Position numbers and translations under genes: made by a program. A model generated the notes under the pieces. It worked only from the letters and a program-made list of their open reading frames with translations, was not told where the DNA came from and ran no database searches. From positions 3,138,498 through 3,202,497 of the forward strand of contig OZ223236.1 of the NCBI GenBank assembly GCA_965140445.1: a DNA stretch of 64,000 nucleotides, given 5' to 3'. Positions 49,675-60,400 of the stretch are shown piece after piece (position 1 is the first letter of the stretch; each line of letters opens with the position of its first letter). The DNA comes from Candidatus Ozemobacteraceae bacterium. GTDB lineage: Bacteria; Muiribacteriota; Ozemobacteria; Ozemobacterales; Ozemobacteraceae.

Positions 49675-51134
49675 TTAGATTTAGCATTGTTGTTGCGGTG
49701 GTTGGACTGGTAATTCAAGGGTTTGCTGCAGTTATGGGTATTCCTTTGCTGGTAGCCTTAATTTTAAAAGAATGGGGGTCTGCCGGACTCTTCCTTCTGT
49801 GCTCCATTACAGGTGTCGTAGCAGGCCAATTAGCCATGCGCTGCAACCCAAATCGGAATTTTGATGATTTAAGTCGTCTCGAAGGAATGGGAATTGTCGC
49901 TTTTGGATGGTTAGGAGTTGCATTAGTCGGTAGTATTCCATATCTGGGAAATGGATTAAGCTTCATTGACAGCTTATTCGAATCCATGAGTGGCTTTACC
50001 ACAACTGGAGCAACTATTTTCTCTGATTTTTCTCTTTATAATCAATCTCTTTTCTTTTATAGAGGATATACCCAATGGCTTGGTGGAATGGGAATTCTTG
50101 TTCTTTTTGTCGCCATTTTGCCCCATCTGGCTGTATCAGGCAGGCAACTGTTTTTCGCGGAAACATCTTCTGCTTCCCCTGAAAAATTAACTCCTAGAAT
50201 TAGCCATACAGCACAAAATCTCTGGGGCTGGTATTTTTTCTTAACTCTTGTTCAAGCGTTAACTCTCTATGGCATAGGAATGCCATTAATTGACTCTTTT
50301 GCCAATACTTTTACCACAATGGCTGCTGGTGGATTCTCTCCACACCCTCAAAGCATTATGGGATACAACTCTGCTGCAGTGGAATGGGTAATTATCTTTT
50401 TTATGTTTCTCGCGGGGGCGAATTTCACATTGCAGGTAAAAGCAGTAAAAGGTAGGCCGGGAGCTTTCTTTTCCAATTCCGAATTAAAAATTTATGCCTT
50501 AATTATTGTAATTGCATCTTCTATTCTAACCTATGTCTTATATAATGCTAATCCTGATTCAGGTTTAATTTTTAACATCAGGACAGCACTTTTTCAGAAC
50601 TTAAGTATATTAACGACAACCGGATTTGCATCAGTGGATTTTGAATTGTGGTCAGATAGTGCAAAAACGGTTCTGTTTGTTTTAATGTTTATTGGAGGTT
50701 GCTCCGGATCTGCTGGTGGCGGAATTAAAGTAATAAGACTTCTTTTACTTGTTAAGTATCTAGGGAAAGTTTTATTGCGTGCAGTCTACCCGGAAGCCAT
50801 TTTAACGGTAAAACTTCAAAACCGAAGTTTTAAAGAAAAAGAAATTCAACCGGTTTTCTCATTTGTTACCATGTATTTTGCTTTTTTCGCAGTAGGGGGA
50901 ACAATTGCAACTCTTGTCGAAAGTAACTTAATCGTGGGATATACCGGGGCCATTGCGACTCTTGGAAATATTGGTCCAGGGTTTGGTTTGATTGGTCCGA
51001 TGGGAACTTTTGCAAATCTGCATTGGATAACTAAAGGTGTTTTCACCTTTTTGATGTGGCTTGGACGACTTGAGATTATGGCCTTAGCCGTATTTTTGAG
51101 AAAAGAAACATGGACAGATTCCCGATGGAAGTAA
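49638..51134 (+). CDS. trkH: Trk/Ktr potassium transporter membrane subunit TrkH
   Basis: MSGFTTTGATIF selectivity-filter-type motif and SILTTTGFASVDF repeat. ~10-12 TM. Confidence 0.85.
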   Translation: MQKQTSGKKFPMIRFSIVVAVVGLVIQGFAAVMGIPLLVALILKEWGSAGLFLLCSITGVVAGQLAMRCNPNRNFDDLSRLEGMGIVAFGWLGVALVGSIPYLGNGLSFIDSLFESMSGFTTTGATIFSDFSLYNQSLFFYRGYTQWLGGMGILVLFVAILPHLAVSGRQLFFAETSSASPEKLTPRISHTAQNLWGWYFFLTLVQALTLYGIGMPLIDSFANTFTTMAAGGFSPHPQSIMGYNSAAVEWVIIFFMFLAGANFTLQVKAVKGRPGAFFSNSELKIYALIIVIASSILTYVLYNANPDSGLIFNIRTALFQNLSILTTTGFASVDFELWSDSAKTVLFVLMFIGGCSGSAGGGIKVIRLLLLVKYLGKVLLRAVYPEAILTVKLQNRSFKEKEIQPVFSFVTMYFAFFAVGGTIATLVESNLIVGYTGAIATLGNIGPGFGLIGPMGTFANLHWITKGVFTFLMWLGRLEIMALAVFLRKETWTDSRWK

Positions 51135-51165
51135 AACTATTTCCATTTATTTATATGGAGGGGCT

Positions 51166-51360
51166 ATGGACGGCACTATTAGAGCAAATGTAAAACCTGG
51201 TGCAAAAGTCAGGATTGTATTAAAGCAGGACCAAAAGTCCGGAAAACTTACGGACGGGATTGTTAAAGACCTTTTGACTAAATCACCCAATCATCATCAT
51301 GGAATTAAAGTTAGACTTGAAAGTGGTGAAATTGGGCGCGTAAAGGAAATTTGCGAATAA
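51166..51360 (+). CDS. YwbE-like small protein (DUF2196)
   Basis: 64 aa. VKPGAKVRIVLKQDQKSGKLTDGIVKDLLTKSPNHHHGIKVRL pattern typical of YwbE. Confidence 0.5.
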   Translation: MDGTIRANVKPGAKVRIVLKQDQKSGKLTDGIVKDLLTKSPNHHHGIKVRLESGEIGRVKEICE

Positions 51361-51397
51361 AAAAAAGCCCGGATCCAACTGATCTGGGCTTTTTTTG
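51361..51397. terminator. bidirectional rho-independent terminator
   Basis: A8-gcccggatc-caact-gatctgggc-T7 with one G-U pair. Confidence 0.7.
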
Positions 51398-51406
51398 TTT
51401 TAACTT

Positions 51407-52885
51407 TTAGCCATTACGTCTTCGGCGAGGGTGCCTGTTGCTATCGTTTGCCTGGCCATTAGAGGTTGAGGGCGGTGCCTTTCTTGGACCTGAAGGTTTG
51501 GAATATCTTTTCCTTGGTGGCTGGGCTTCTCCGGCTTCATTGGTGCGTTCGCCATTTCCAGTTTTGCTTTTTTGGGGCTTTGGACTATTAGTTTTATTTC
51601 CCTGTTTTTTTGCGGCTCTGGCTCTTTCATCAGCTCTTTTTGCTCTATGAGCAGCAAGACGAACTCCAAGAGGTATTTCAAGAGCTTCTTTTGGTCTGGC
51701 AGAATAGTCAAAATCTTCCAATGTAACTCTACGAATTTTCATTCCTATGTGATTTTCAATTCTTCTAAAATCAATAATCTCACCAGGAGAAACAAGGGTG
51801 CAGGCAATACCTTTCATATTCGCTCTAGCTGTTCTTCCTGAACGATGGATGTAATCATCTGGCAAATGGGGAACATCAAAATTTATAACGTGGGAAAGGG
51901 CTTCTACATCAATCCCTCTAGCGGCAATATCAGTGGCCACCAAAATTCTTATGGCCCCGGATTTAAAGTCGTTTAAAGCTTTAGTTCTTTGTGCCTGGCG
52001 CCTATTTGCATGGATTGTGTCGCACTTAATTTTTCTTTCCGATAAGAATTCGGCCAATCGATTGGCACGATGTTTCGTGCGCGTAAAGATTATTGCGGTC
52101 TGAATAGTTTTATCGCTAAGCATTTTATAGAGTAAGTGCTGCTTAAGAATGTCAGGGACAGGATAGTGGACGTGTTCTATTCCTCCTGCAACCATTGGAG
52201 GTCGTTCCAGATTAATTGAAAATGGATTTTTTAACAATGTGTCTGCAAGTTTTAGTATTGGTTCTGGCATTGTTGCAGAAAATAACATCGTTTGTCTTGG
52301 TGTCTTAGGAAGTTGAGCCAAAACTTTACGAATATCAGGCAGGAAACCCATATCTAACATTCTGTCTGCTTCATCAAGAATTAAGTATTTTAGATGCTCA
52401 AGGTTTGCATAACCGCGTGAAAAATGATCCAAAAGACGGCCTGGTGTGGCTGCAATTACATCAACGCCAGAGCGGAAAGCTCTTTCTTGCGGCCCCATTC
52501 CTACGCCACCAAAAATAGCAGCACCTGAAAGGTTTGTGAAGCGTGATAAATCAGAGAAGTGCTCGTTAATCTGGGCAGCCAGTTCTCTTGTTGGTGCAAT
52601 TATCAAAACGCTCGTTTTACGTTCAAATCTTTTTCCTGCAATTTTATCGGCTTCCTGGGACTCAAGAAGGCGATTTAGAACAGGTAATAAAAAAGCAGCG
52701 GTTTTACCGCTTCCCGTTTGTGCGCATGCTAGCAAGTCCCGGCCTTTTAAACCGGCTGGAATTACGCTTGCTTGAACGGGAGTAGGTTTTAAAAAGCCCA
52801 TGCTCTTTACGGCTTTTTGAAGTCGTTCGTTTAAAGTGGAAAAAGGTACAGCATCAATTTGTTGTGAATTTTGAGAAGTGGTCAT
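51407..52885 (-). CDS. DEAD-box ATP-dependent RNA helicase with C-terminal RG-rich tail
   Basis: Q-motif F..KPTPVQ, Walker A AQTGSGKTAAF, DEAD, SAT, HRSGRTARA. Arg/Gly/Pro-rich tail. Start moved to MTTSQ (track ORF begins 52975). Confidence 0.85.
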   Translation of the reverse strand: MTTSQNSQQIDAVPFSTLNERLQKAVKSMGFLKPTPVQASVIPAGLKGRDLLACAQTGSGKTAAFLLPVLNRLLESQEADKIAGKRFERKTSVLIIAPTRELAAQINEHFSDLSRFTNLSGAAIFGGVGMGPQERAFRSGVDVIAATPGRLLDHFSRGYANLEHLKYLILDEADRMLDMGFLPDIRKVLAQLPKTPRQTMLFSATMPEPILKLADTLLKNPFSINLERPPMVAGGIEHVHYPVPDILKQHLLYKMLSDKTIQTAIIFTRTKHRANRLAEFLSERKIKCDTIHANRRQAQRTKALNDFKSGAIRILVATDIAARGIDVEALSHVINFDVPHLPDDYIHRSGRTARANMKGIACTLVSPGEIIDFRRIENHIGMKIRRVTLEDFDYSARPKEALEIPLGVRLAAHRAKRADERARAAKKQGNKTNSPKPQKSKTGNGERTNEAGEAQPPRKRYSKPSGPRKAPPSTSNGQANDSNRHPRRRRNG

Positions 52886-53133
52886 AAATTTCCAATATGG
52901 TTCGGGAGCGGTGATACGATCTCCGATTGCGGCCCCAGCTTTGGAGTCGATCGGGGGATCAGCCGGGAAAACCACCGAACGGGCAATGGCCCTAAATAAT
53001 GGGAAAACCCCATTGGAAAACTATTATAACGTAAATGGGAAAAAATAGCAATTTTAGGGTGTTTTGCGAAATTCTTTTTTTTTATGTATAGATAATAAGA
53101 AAGTTTTTTCCATATCAATTTGATGAAAAAGTT

Positions 53134-53652
53134 GTGAAAAAAATGCAGAAAAAAATAGAGTTAATAACTCCAAAAAATGGAAGAGTATTTAGCTGTTTTC
53201 CAGCGGCGGTAATAGTATTTCTTGTCAATGAGAAAGAAGAGTTTTTAATGCTTTCTCATCCAGATCGTAAAGGACAATGGGAGCCTGTTAACGGAGGGGT
53301 TGAGAATTTTGGAAACATTCTTGAAAACGCCTTAAGGGAGTTAAAAGAAGAGATAGGAAATGATGTTAAGGTAAAGCCTTTAGGAACAGTTCACACCATG
53401 TCTTTTAATTATGATTCAAATTGTCCAAATATGATAAGTATCTGCTATTTGATGAAATTTTTGAGCGGAGATATTTTGCCGGGGGACGATATGGCAGGGA
53501 GTGATTTCAAGTGGTTTTCTCTGGAAGAAATTTACCAAACTTCGACCAACTTAATTGTACCAGAAAATGGAAAATGGTTGTATGAAAGAGCAATTGAATT
53601 ATTCCGGCTTTGGAAGGATAAAGAGCAAATTCTTGAGAATCAAAAGGATTAA
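53134..53652 (+). CDS. NUDIX hydrolase
   Basis: Nudix box GGVENFGNILENALRELKEEIG. Confidence 0.8.
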   Translation: MKKMQKKIELITPKNGRVFSCFPAAVIVFLVNEKEEFLMLSHPDRKGQWEPVNGGVENFGNILENALRELKEEIGNDVKVKPLGTVHTMSFNYDSNCPNMISICYLMKFLSGDILPGDDMAGSDFKWFSLEEIYQTSTNLIVPENGKWLYERAIELFRLWKDKEQILENQKD

Positions 53653-53655
53653 AAA

Positions 53656-54666
53656 GTGAATCAAACCTATAAAGGGAATAGAATTACAAATAAAGAAGTG
53701 AATAAAAAGTTTCACTCTTTCTGCTCAGAAGGAGACATTAAAAGCGGATGGAAGTTTTTATTGTCCATTGAAAAACCCGGAATTGAAATTAATAAATTAA
53801 TTAAAAAAGTTGAAAATAGATTTTTTTCAGACCCACCTAGATTGAGATTCAAAACGAAAATCCCTTGGGTTAGAGCCGTTTTGAAAAGTTATTCTCAATA
53901 CTTTATACAGGTTTTGACCAAAAAGTTTTCTCATGAAAATAGCGAAAAGAAACTTTTCAAAATGCTTTGCAAAAACTTTCCCTATAAAAAGTTTAAAGAT
54001 TTAGATGAGGTTGAAAGCTTTTTGGAACAGGAATTTGAAAGGGTAGGGTGGTTCTTTCTTGGCGGAATTACTTATCCTTTTCGAGGCCCTTACATTTTTG
54101 AGAAAAAAGAAACCAAAAATTTTGAAGTTGATCTGCCATTAGGAAGAAAAAGGCTAAAAGTTGTTTTCCTTTCTAAAAAGCATTGCAATTCCTGGATGGA
54201 TTTCGCAAGTTTTGGAAAAATTGGAACTGGCGGCTGGGCCAAAGAAGACGGATTATACTGTGTTAGTGAAGGCTATGACGTGAATTGTCCCAGATTTAAA
54301 ATTAGCTACCTAAAGCATGAAGCTCAACATTTTGACGATTATGAAAGGTTCCCTTTTGTTAAAGAAGGTCATCAGACCATTCTTGAGTTTCGGGCAAAAC
54401 TAGTAGAAATAATAAATGCTGATTCACCTGTCGTTTTTAACTATTTTATGGACGAAGCTATGGCAAATCAAGATTTCCCCCATATCAAGGCTTCACGTCA
54501 CATTAAATTGGAAATGCAAAAAAAACTTGGCTCAAAGATGATTGCTAATGTTAGAGAATTAAATGAATTAGGGCTAATAAAAAAAATGGCTAATGAAATT
54601 TTTATCGAGAATACTGAGGAACTTAAAAAAGGCTTGTTTTTGGGGCAAAATCTATTTGATAAATGA
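53656..54666 (+). CDS. hypothetical protein with HExxH (HEAQH) motif
   Basis: ISYLKHEAQHFDDYERF. No other recognisable domain. Confidence 0.4.
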   Translation: MNQTYKGNRITNKEVNKKFHSFCSEGDIKSGWKFLLSIEKPGIEINKLIKKVENRFFSDPPRLRFKTKIPWVRAVLKSYSQYFIQVLTKKFSHENSEKKLFKMLCKNFPYKKFKDLDEVESFLEQEFERVGWFFLGGITYPFRGPYIFEKKETKNFEVDLPLGRKRLKVVFLSKKHCNSWMDFASFGKIGTGGWAKEDGLYCVSEGYDVNCPRFKISYLKHEAQHFDDYERFPFVKEGHQTILEFRAKLVEIINADSPVVFNYFMDEAMANQDFPHIKASRHIKLEMQKKLGSKMIANVRELNELGLIKKMANEIFIENTEELKKGLFLGQNLFDK

Positions 54667-55169
54667 TGAAATTTCAAAGAAATTTTTCTCCATTATGTAT
54701 TCCAGCTCTTTTCAAAAGAATTTTGCTTGTCCTCTATCAAAAGATATTTTTTAATAAAGTAAACTATTTTCATTTCGTAAAATTAGCTGATTTTGCACGT
54801 TCTACTGGATTTTTATGGAGTTCGGTAAATCTGGCAAATATAGTTATTAGAAAATCCCAAAGCCAAGCGGATATATTTTGGGCCACTCAAGTCAAGGCTA
54901 CTTCATTGCAGTATGCTTTTCGTTATAAAGAAGCTGACAGAGCCTTTATTTATGCTATTTCTATAAGCCCGGGCGAATATGAAAAGAGCTTCGCTTTGCA
55001 GCACATTGGAAAATCAAAAATGGAGCAAGGTGAAACAAAAACTGCTTTAGCCTATCTAAATTGCGCTCTTAAGATAAGAAAGAAAATTGGAAACAGAAAC
55101 CTTATAAATTCAACTTTATTAGCAGTTTCAGCGGTAAAAAAGGATTTAAAAAAGAAAGATGATGGTTAA
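54663..55169 (+). CDS. hypothetical protein with TPR-like C-terminal region
   Basis: ATGA overlap with the upstream gene. Helical repeat ...ALAYLNCALKIRKKIGN. Confidence 0.4.
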   Translation: MMKFQRNFSPLCIPALFKRILLVLYQKIFFNKVNYFHFVKLADFARSTGFLWSSVNLANIVIRKSQSQADIFWATQVKATSLQYAFRYKEADRAFIYAISISPGEYEKSFALQHIGKSKMEQGETKTALAYLNCALKIRKKIGNRNLINSTLLAVSAVKKDLKKKDDG

Positions 55170-55177
55170 AAAATAAT

Positions 55178-55555
55178 ATGAATAAAAAAATTGTTTTAAA
55201 GTTTTGGGAGCTAATGGAAGAAAATGATTTTTATGCCGTCGGTTCAATCTTAGATGACAATTATGAGTGTTTTTGGCCTCAATCGAATGAGTTAATTATT
55301 GGGCGAGAAAATTTTGCTTTAATAAATTCTAATTATCCGGCTAATGGAAAATGGCGTTTTACGATTAATTCAATCTTAGCAGAAGGAAATCAAGTTGTTA
55401 CAGACGTAAGCGTTACTGATGGTGATATTAAAGGAAGAGCGATTACGTTTCACGAGGTTAAAAATAATTTAATCGTTAAGCAAATTGAATTTTGGCCAGA
55501 TTCGTTTTCTCCGCCTGAATGGAGAAAGAGTTGGGTTAAGTTGGTCTCAGAATAG
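55178..55555 (+). CDS. NTF2/SnoaL-like fold protein
   Basis: 125 aa. FWELMEENDFYAVGSILDDNYECFWPQS pattern typical of SnoaL-like cone-shaped domains. Confidence 0.5.
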   Translation: MNKKIVLKFWELMEENDFYAVGSILDDNYECFWPQSNELIIGRENFALINSNYPANGKWRFTINSILAEGNQVVTDVSVTDGDIKGRAITFHEVKNNLIVKQIEFWPDSFSPPEWRKSWVKLVSE

Positions 55556-55583
55556 CTAATAGCTGTTAAGAAACTTTGTATTT

Positions 55584-56042
55584 TTGATTCCAGGTAAATC
55601 TAATTTATTAGGAGTTTTCGTGGAAATTACATTTCAAACAGATTGCCAGAACATTGATTGGCATAAGGTTAAAGAGTTGTTAAAAGTTGTGGGAATGGCA
55701 AATTTCTCACCTGAAAAGCATAAACTAGCTTTTCAAAACAGTGAATATAAAGTTTTTGCCTTTTTTAAAAATGAACTGGTTGGTTTTGGGCGAGCCATAT
55801 CTGATAATGCCTATCAAGCTGCCATATATGATCTGGCAATTTCCCCGGAATTTCAAGGGCAAGGATTGGGAAAAAGGATTCTTGCCAAAATTTTAAAAGC
55901 ACTACCGGGTTGTAATTTCATTTTGTATTCATCTCCGGGAAAAGAAGATTTTTATTGCAAACAAGGATTTAAAAAAATGAAAACAGGCATGGCTATTTTC
56001 TTAAATTCGGCAGCAGCTTCAGAACGAGGGTTTACTGAATAA
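55584..56042 (+). CDS. GNAT-family N-acetyltransferase
   Basis: Motif A EFQGQGLGKRILAKIL and the C-terminal YCKQGFK. Confidence 0.7.
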   Translation: MIPGKSNLLGVFVEITFQTDCQNIDWHKVKELLKVVGMANFSPEKHKLAFQNSEYKVFAFFKNELVGFGRAISDNAYQAAIYDLAISPEFQGQGLGKRILAKILKALPGCNFILYSSPGKEDFYCKQGFKKMKTGMAIFLNSAAASERGFTE

Positions 56043-56059
56043 AGGTAAAAAATAGATTT

Positions 56060-57301
56060 ATGGATAAGAAAGCAGAATTTGATCTAATTGTAGTCGGGGC
56101 TGGTCCATCCGGTCTTATAGCTGCCATAGTAGCTGCAAGGCGGGGTAAAAAAGTTCTGGTTCTGGAAAAGTTGGAAGAGATTGGTACAAAGCTCAGAGCA
56201 ACTGGTGGTGGGCGATGTAATCTTTCCAACCAAATAGAAGTAACTGAATTTGTAAAAAGATTTGGTCGCGAAGGAAAGTTTATCATTCCCGCAATAAATC
56301 TTTTTGGCTCTGCTGAACTCCAATCTTTTTTCTCAGGGATTGGTGTGGAATGCCACGCTCCAGACGGCTTTCATGTTTTCCCAGTTACTCACCGGTCCGA
56401 AACAGTTATTGAAGCATTAGAAAAAGAATTAAAGGCTCTCAACGTAAAAGTATGCTTTTCTCAAATAACCACTTCGGTATTAATTGAAAACAAAGTTGTC
56501 GTTGGAGTTAAAACAAAGGATCAATCCTACTCAGGCAGTAATGTTCTTTTATGCACAGGTGGTCCAGGTTATCCAATGCTAGGTTCAAGTACCGATGGAA
56601 TGGAAATGGCTAAAGCTCTTGGTCACAAAATTACCCCGCTTTACCCGGCCATGCTTCCGCTGTTCACTAAAGAATCCTGGGTTAAAAATTGCAGATCAGA
56701 TACTATTTCAGGCGTTGAAATCAAAATAAATTTACCCAAAGTTACTATTAAAAGTAGGCGAGGGGACCTGATTTTTACGGTTGATGGTCTAAGAGGACCA
56801 GTTATTCTTGACTTTGCAAGGGAAATTACTCCTCTTTTAGAAAAATATAAAGAAGTTCCTATTTTAGTAAATTTGTCACGAGGCAATAATGAAGAAAGTT
56901 TGCGTGTTCTGTTTAAAGAATCGCTGTTAAAGCTTCCTGATGCGACACCAGAAATAGTGTTGAAAAAAATAATTCCTGCGCCTTTGATAAAAGAGTTATG
57001 TAAACTTGTATCCGTTGATTATTTAAAACCAATAAAAAATTTAAAACCATCTAAGCGAGATGAGCTTTTAAAAATATTGGCATGGACTCCTCTTACGATA
57101 ACCGGTAATTCTGGTTTTAAAGCAGCTATGATTACCAGAGGCGGTGTTTCATTAAAAGAGGTTGATCCTAAGACTTTGAAAAGTAGGATTATTGAAGGCC
57201 TTTATTTTGCTGGAGAAATTCTTAATATTGATGGACCTTGTGGTGGATTTAACCTTCAGTGGGCTTTTTCAAGCGGTTATATCGTAGGTCAATTTTGTTA
57301 A
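56060..57301 (+). CDS. HI0933/BaiN-like FAD-dependent flavoprotein
   Basis: DLIVVGAGPSGLIAAIVAARRGKKVLVLEK dinucleotide-binding motif, then GGGRCNLSN, characteristic of the HI0933 family. C-terminal LYFAGEILNIDGPCGGFNLQWAFSSG. Confidence 0.8.
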   Translation: MDKKAEFDLIVVGAGPSGLIAAIVAARRGKKVLVLEKLEEIGTKLRATGGGRCNLSNQIEVTEFVKRFGREGKFIIPAINLFGSAELQSFFSGIGVECHAPDGFHVFPVTHRSETVIEALEKELKALNVKVCFSQITTSVLIENKVVVGVKTKDQSYSGSNVLLCTGGPGYPMLGSSTDGMEMAKALGHKITPLYPAMLPLFTKESWVKNCRSDTISGVEIKINLPKVTIKSRRGDLIFTVDGLRGPVILDFAREITPLLEKYKEVPILVNLSRGNNEESLRVLFKESLLKLPDATPEIVLKKIIPAPLIKELCKLVSVDYLKPIKNLKPSKRDELLKILAWTPLTITGNSGFKAAMITRGGVSLKEVDPKTLKSRIIEGLYFAGEILNIDGPCGGFNLQWAFSSGYIVGQFC

Positions 57302-57435
57302 AGCAGCATTCTTTCAACAATTAAAAACTGAAAAAAAGGTTTTCAAATCGGAAAATTCAGTCGAAATGGTTGTGTAACATTAATTTCAGGAGTACAATGG
57401 TTGATAAATAAAAAGAATATCATGGGAATGTTGTA

Positions 57436-60400
57436 ATGAATTTTGAGAAAATATTAAAAGTTAGTTTATTTTTTCTGATAGTTTTTAGTCTGGTTCTGGT
57501 TGGATGCCGACTTACAGGAAACTATTCTGACAATACAAACTCTTTTTCCACCGTAAAAGGTTCAATTCAAGGCAAAATTAGTTTTACTGCAAAGAAAAAC
57601 TATCGAATTTCTGGAATAAGATATCAAGAATTGACTGGACTGGTTTCTGCGGCAGGAGCAGAAGTTTGGCTAGAAGATATGCCTGATATTCCCCATGTTT
57701 TTACCAATGCATCTGGAGTTTATAGCTTTCCTGATGTTCCAGTAGGCGACCATGTTGTCATTGCTAAGTTGCTGATAAATAATGTCGTTCAAAAAGCAAG
57801 ATCTGAAAATGTTTCAGTAACTGCGGATGCTAATATAGTTAGTGTTCCGGAAGTACAGTTGGAAAATGCCAGTAACGTCCTAACCGGAGTATTAAAAGAT
57901 TCCAGTGGCGTACCCCTTCCCCCTGGCACATTGCTAACACTTTGGGGTGAAAGTTTTTCTGTCGGGCTAGACGGGTTATTTACAACTCCGCCTTTGCCAG
58001 ATAGCATTGATACGGCAGAAGTTTTTGTAAAAATCCCCGGAAGTCAAGAAGTTACAAGTTTTGTAGGACCTTTTGTTGAATCTGGAGCACCTGCTTTTGT
58101 TGAACAGCAAATTCTTCCCGTTGCTGATAGTAATCATGCTCCTTCTGGGGTTTTGCTTTCCAAAGATGCTTTGGGAAATGAAACCATTAAATGTAAGGTT
58201 TTAGATAAACTATATATTACATTAACCCCATTCGATCCTGATGCAAACGACATATCGCTATTAGAATTTAAATGGAATGTTTCTAATGGGTCCCTTATCA
58301 TGGGATCTTCCGGTAAAGATGCAGTGTGGACAGCCATGGAAAATTCAGGGGTAGCAACCATTTCGGTTGAGATTAAAGACCCGAAAAATGCAACATCCAC
58401 TGTAAATTTAAGGTTACTTGTTGATGCCGAATCAATAGACATGGTTGATTCAGCAGGGCCGGTTATAATAAGTAAAATTCCAGATCAAGGAGCGACCTCT
58501 GTTGATATTTCTTCCAAAATTGAAGTTGTTTTTGATGAAGAATTACAGGCTAACTCTATAACTAATGACTCAGTTACGGTTTCAAATGCAGGTGAAAATA
58601 TTTCTGGAATAGTTGAGTTACAGCCAGACAAAAAAACAATAATCTGGTCTGGCCTAACTTCTCTTGTATCTGGTTCCGAGATAATTGCAACAGTTAATGG
58701 GGACATTCGAGATGTTAATGGTAATCCATCCGGAAAAGAAACTACCTGGACATTCCAGACTCTTGGCGAAACCAAGGTTATTTCCACAAATCCTTTTTTC
58801 ACTGCCGCAGCTCCGACAAAAAATATTACTGCTTTTGTTTTTGGAGGGCTTACCCCTCAAGTTGACGGAATTATAGATGAAAACTCCAAAAAAATTGCTT
58901 TGATTGTGCCGTTTGGTACAGATGTTACATCTCTGATACCGTCTGTTACTCACAACGGGATTAATTTAAGTCCGGCATCGGGGATTCAGCAGGACTTTTC
59001 AACCCCGGTAAATTATACTGTATCTGCTTATGATGGCAGTTCACAGGTTTATGAAGTTACTGTTATTGAATCTGCCAATCCAACTAAATCTATCACTTCC
59101 TTTACTTTTGAAAGCTTGAATCCAGATGTTTCTGGAGTGGTTGATGATGTCGCAAAAACAATTACAGTAAATGTCCCTTATGGAACTAGCATTACCAATA
59201 TAGCTCCTACTATTACCCATAGTGGAGCCAGCATTTCTCCTGCTTCAGGAGTGAGACGAAATTTTACTAATCCTGTTACATATACCGTTACAGCAACAAA
59301 TGGAACTACTCAGGAATACACGGTTACTGTTACCACTGGCGGTCTTTTTGACTGTAACATTTCAGCATTTAACTTTTATGGTTTATCTCCCTCTGTTATA
59401 GGTAATATTAACAATGATGATCTGACAATTACTTTAGTAGTCCCAAGAGGAACAAATCTCACATCTTTAGTTCCTACTATTTCACACAATGGGGCTAGTA
59501 TATCTCCAGTATCTGGTGTAGCTCGAAACTTTACCAATCCGGTTAGCTATACTGTTAATGCGCGCTTATGGTTGTCCCAAACCTATCAGGTTTACGTAGT
59601 TGAAGAACCGAATCTAAATTGTGTGATTAATACTTTTGATTTTGAAGGTTTAAACCCGTCTATTTCTGGTGAAGTCGATACTGCACTGAGAAAAGTTGTT
59701 TTAAACGTCCCATATGGCACAAATGTCACCTCGTTGGTGCCAACCATTTCACATACAGGTGTGAGCATTTCACCGGCTTCGGGGGTGCCAGTTAATTTTT
59801 CTAATCCTGTAAATTACGTAGTAACTGCTTCTGATGGGTCTACGCAAACTTTTCAGGTTCAGGTAGTAGTATCTTCAAGCACTTCAAAAGATATTATTTC
59901 CTTTGATTTTGAGGATTTTGATCCAGTTGTAGAGGGAGATATAATAAGTTTCTGGTTCCGATCTGTTTCTTTAACCGTACCATACGGAACAGACGTTACG
60001 GCCCTGACTCCTACAATTAGGCATTCGGGAGTTAGTATTAATCCACCCTCTGGAACTCCACAAAACTTTTCTAACAGCAGAACCTACACTGTTACTGCAG
60101 CTAATGGTTCAACCAATAATTACACGGTTACGGTAACTGTTGCCCCAAACATTGCTAAGGAAATTACTTCATTTAGTTTTGAGGGCTTGAACCCTCCAGT
60201 TTATGGTTTGATAAATGATGCTGCCAGGGTTATTTCCATTACAGTACCATACGGAACAAATATAACTGCTTTAACACCCACAATTGTCCATACCGGTACT
60301 GGAATCTCTCCTCTTTCAGGAGTTGCACAAAACTTTACCAATACAGTTAGTTACAATGTGGTAGCTGCTAATGGTTCGACAAAGACTTACAATGTAAATG

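Noticed and set aside
51438-51841. Plus-strand ORFs (70 aa and 89 aa) and a minus 103-aa ORF overlapping the helicase 3' end
   Set aside because: They lie within the GC-rich RG-tail coding region of the DEAD-box helicase and are frame shadows.
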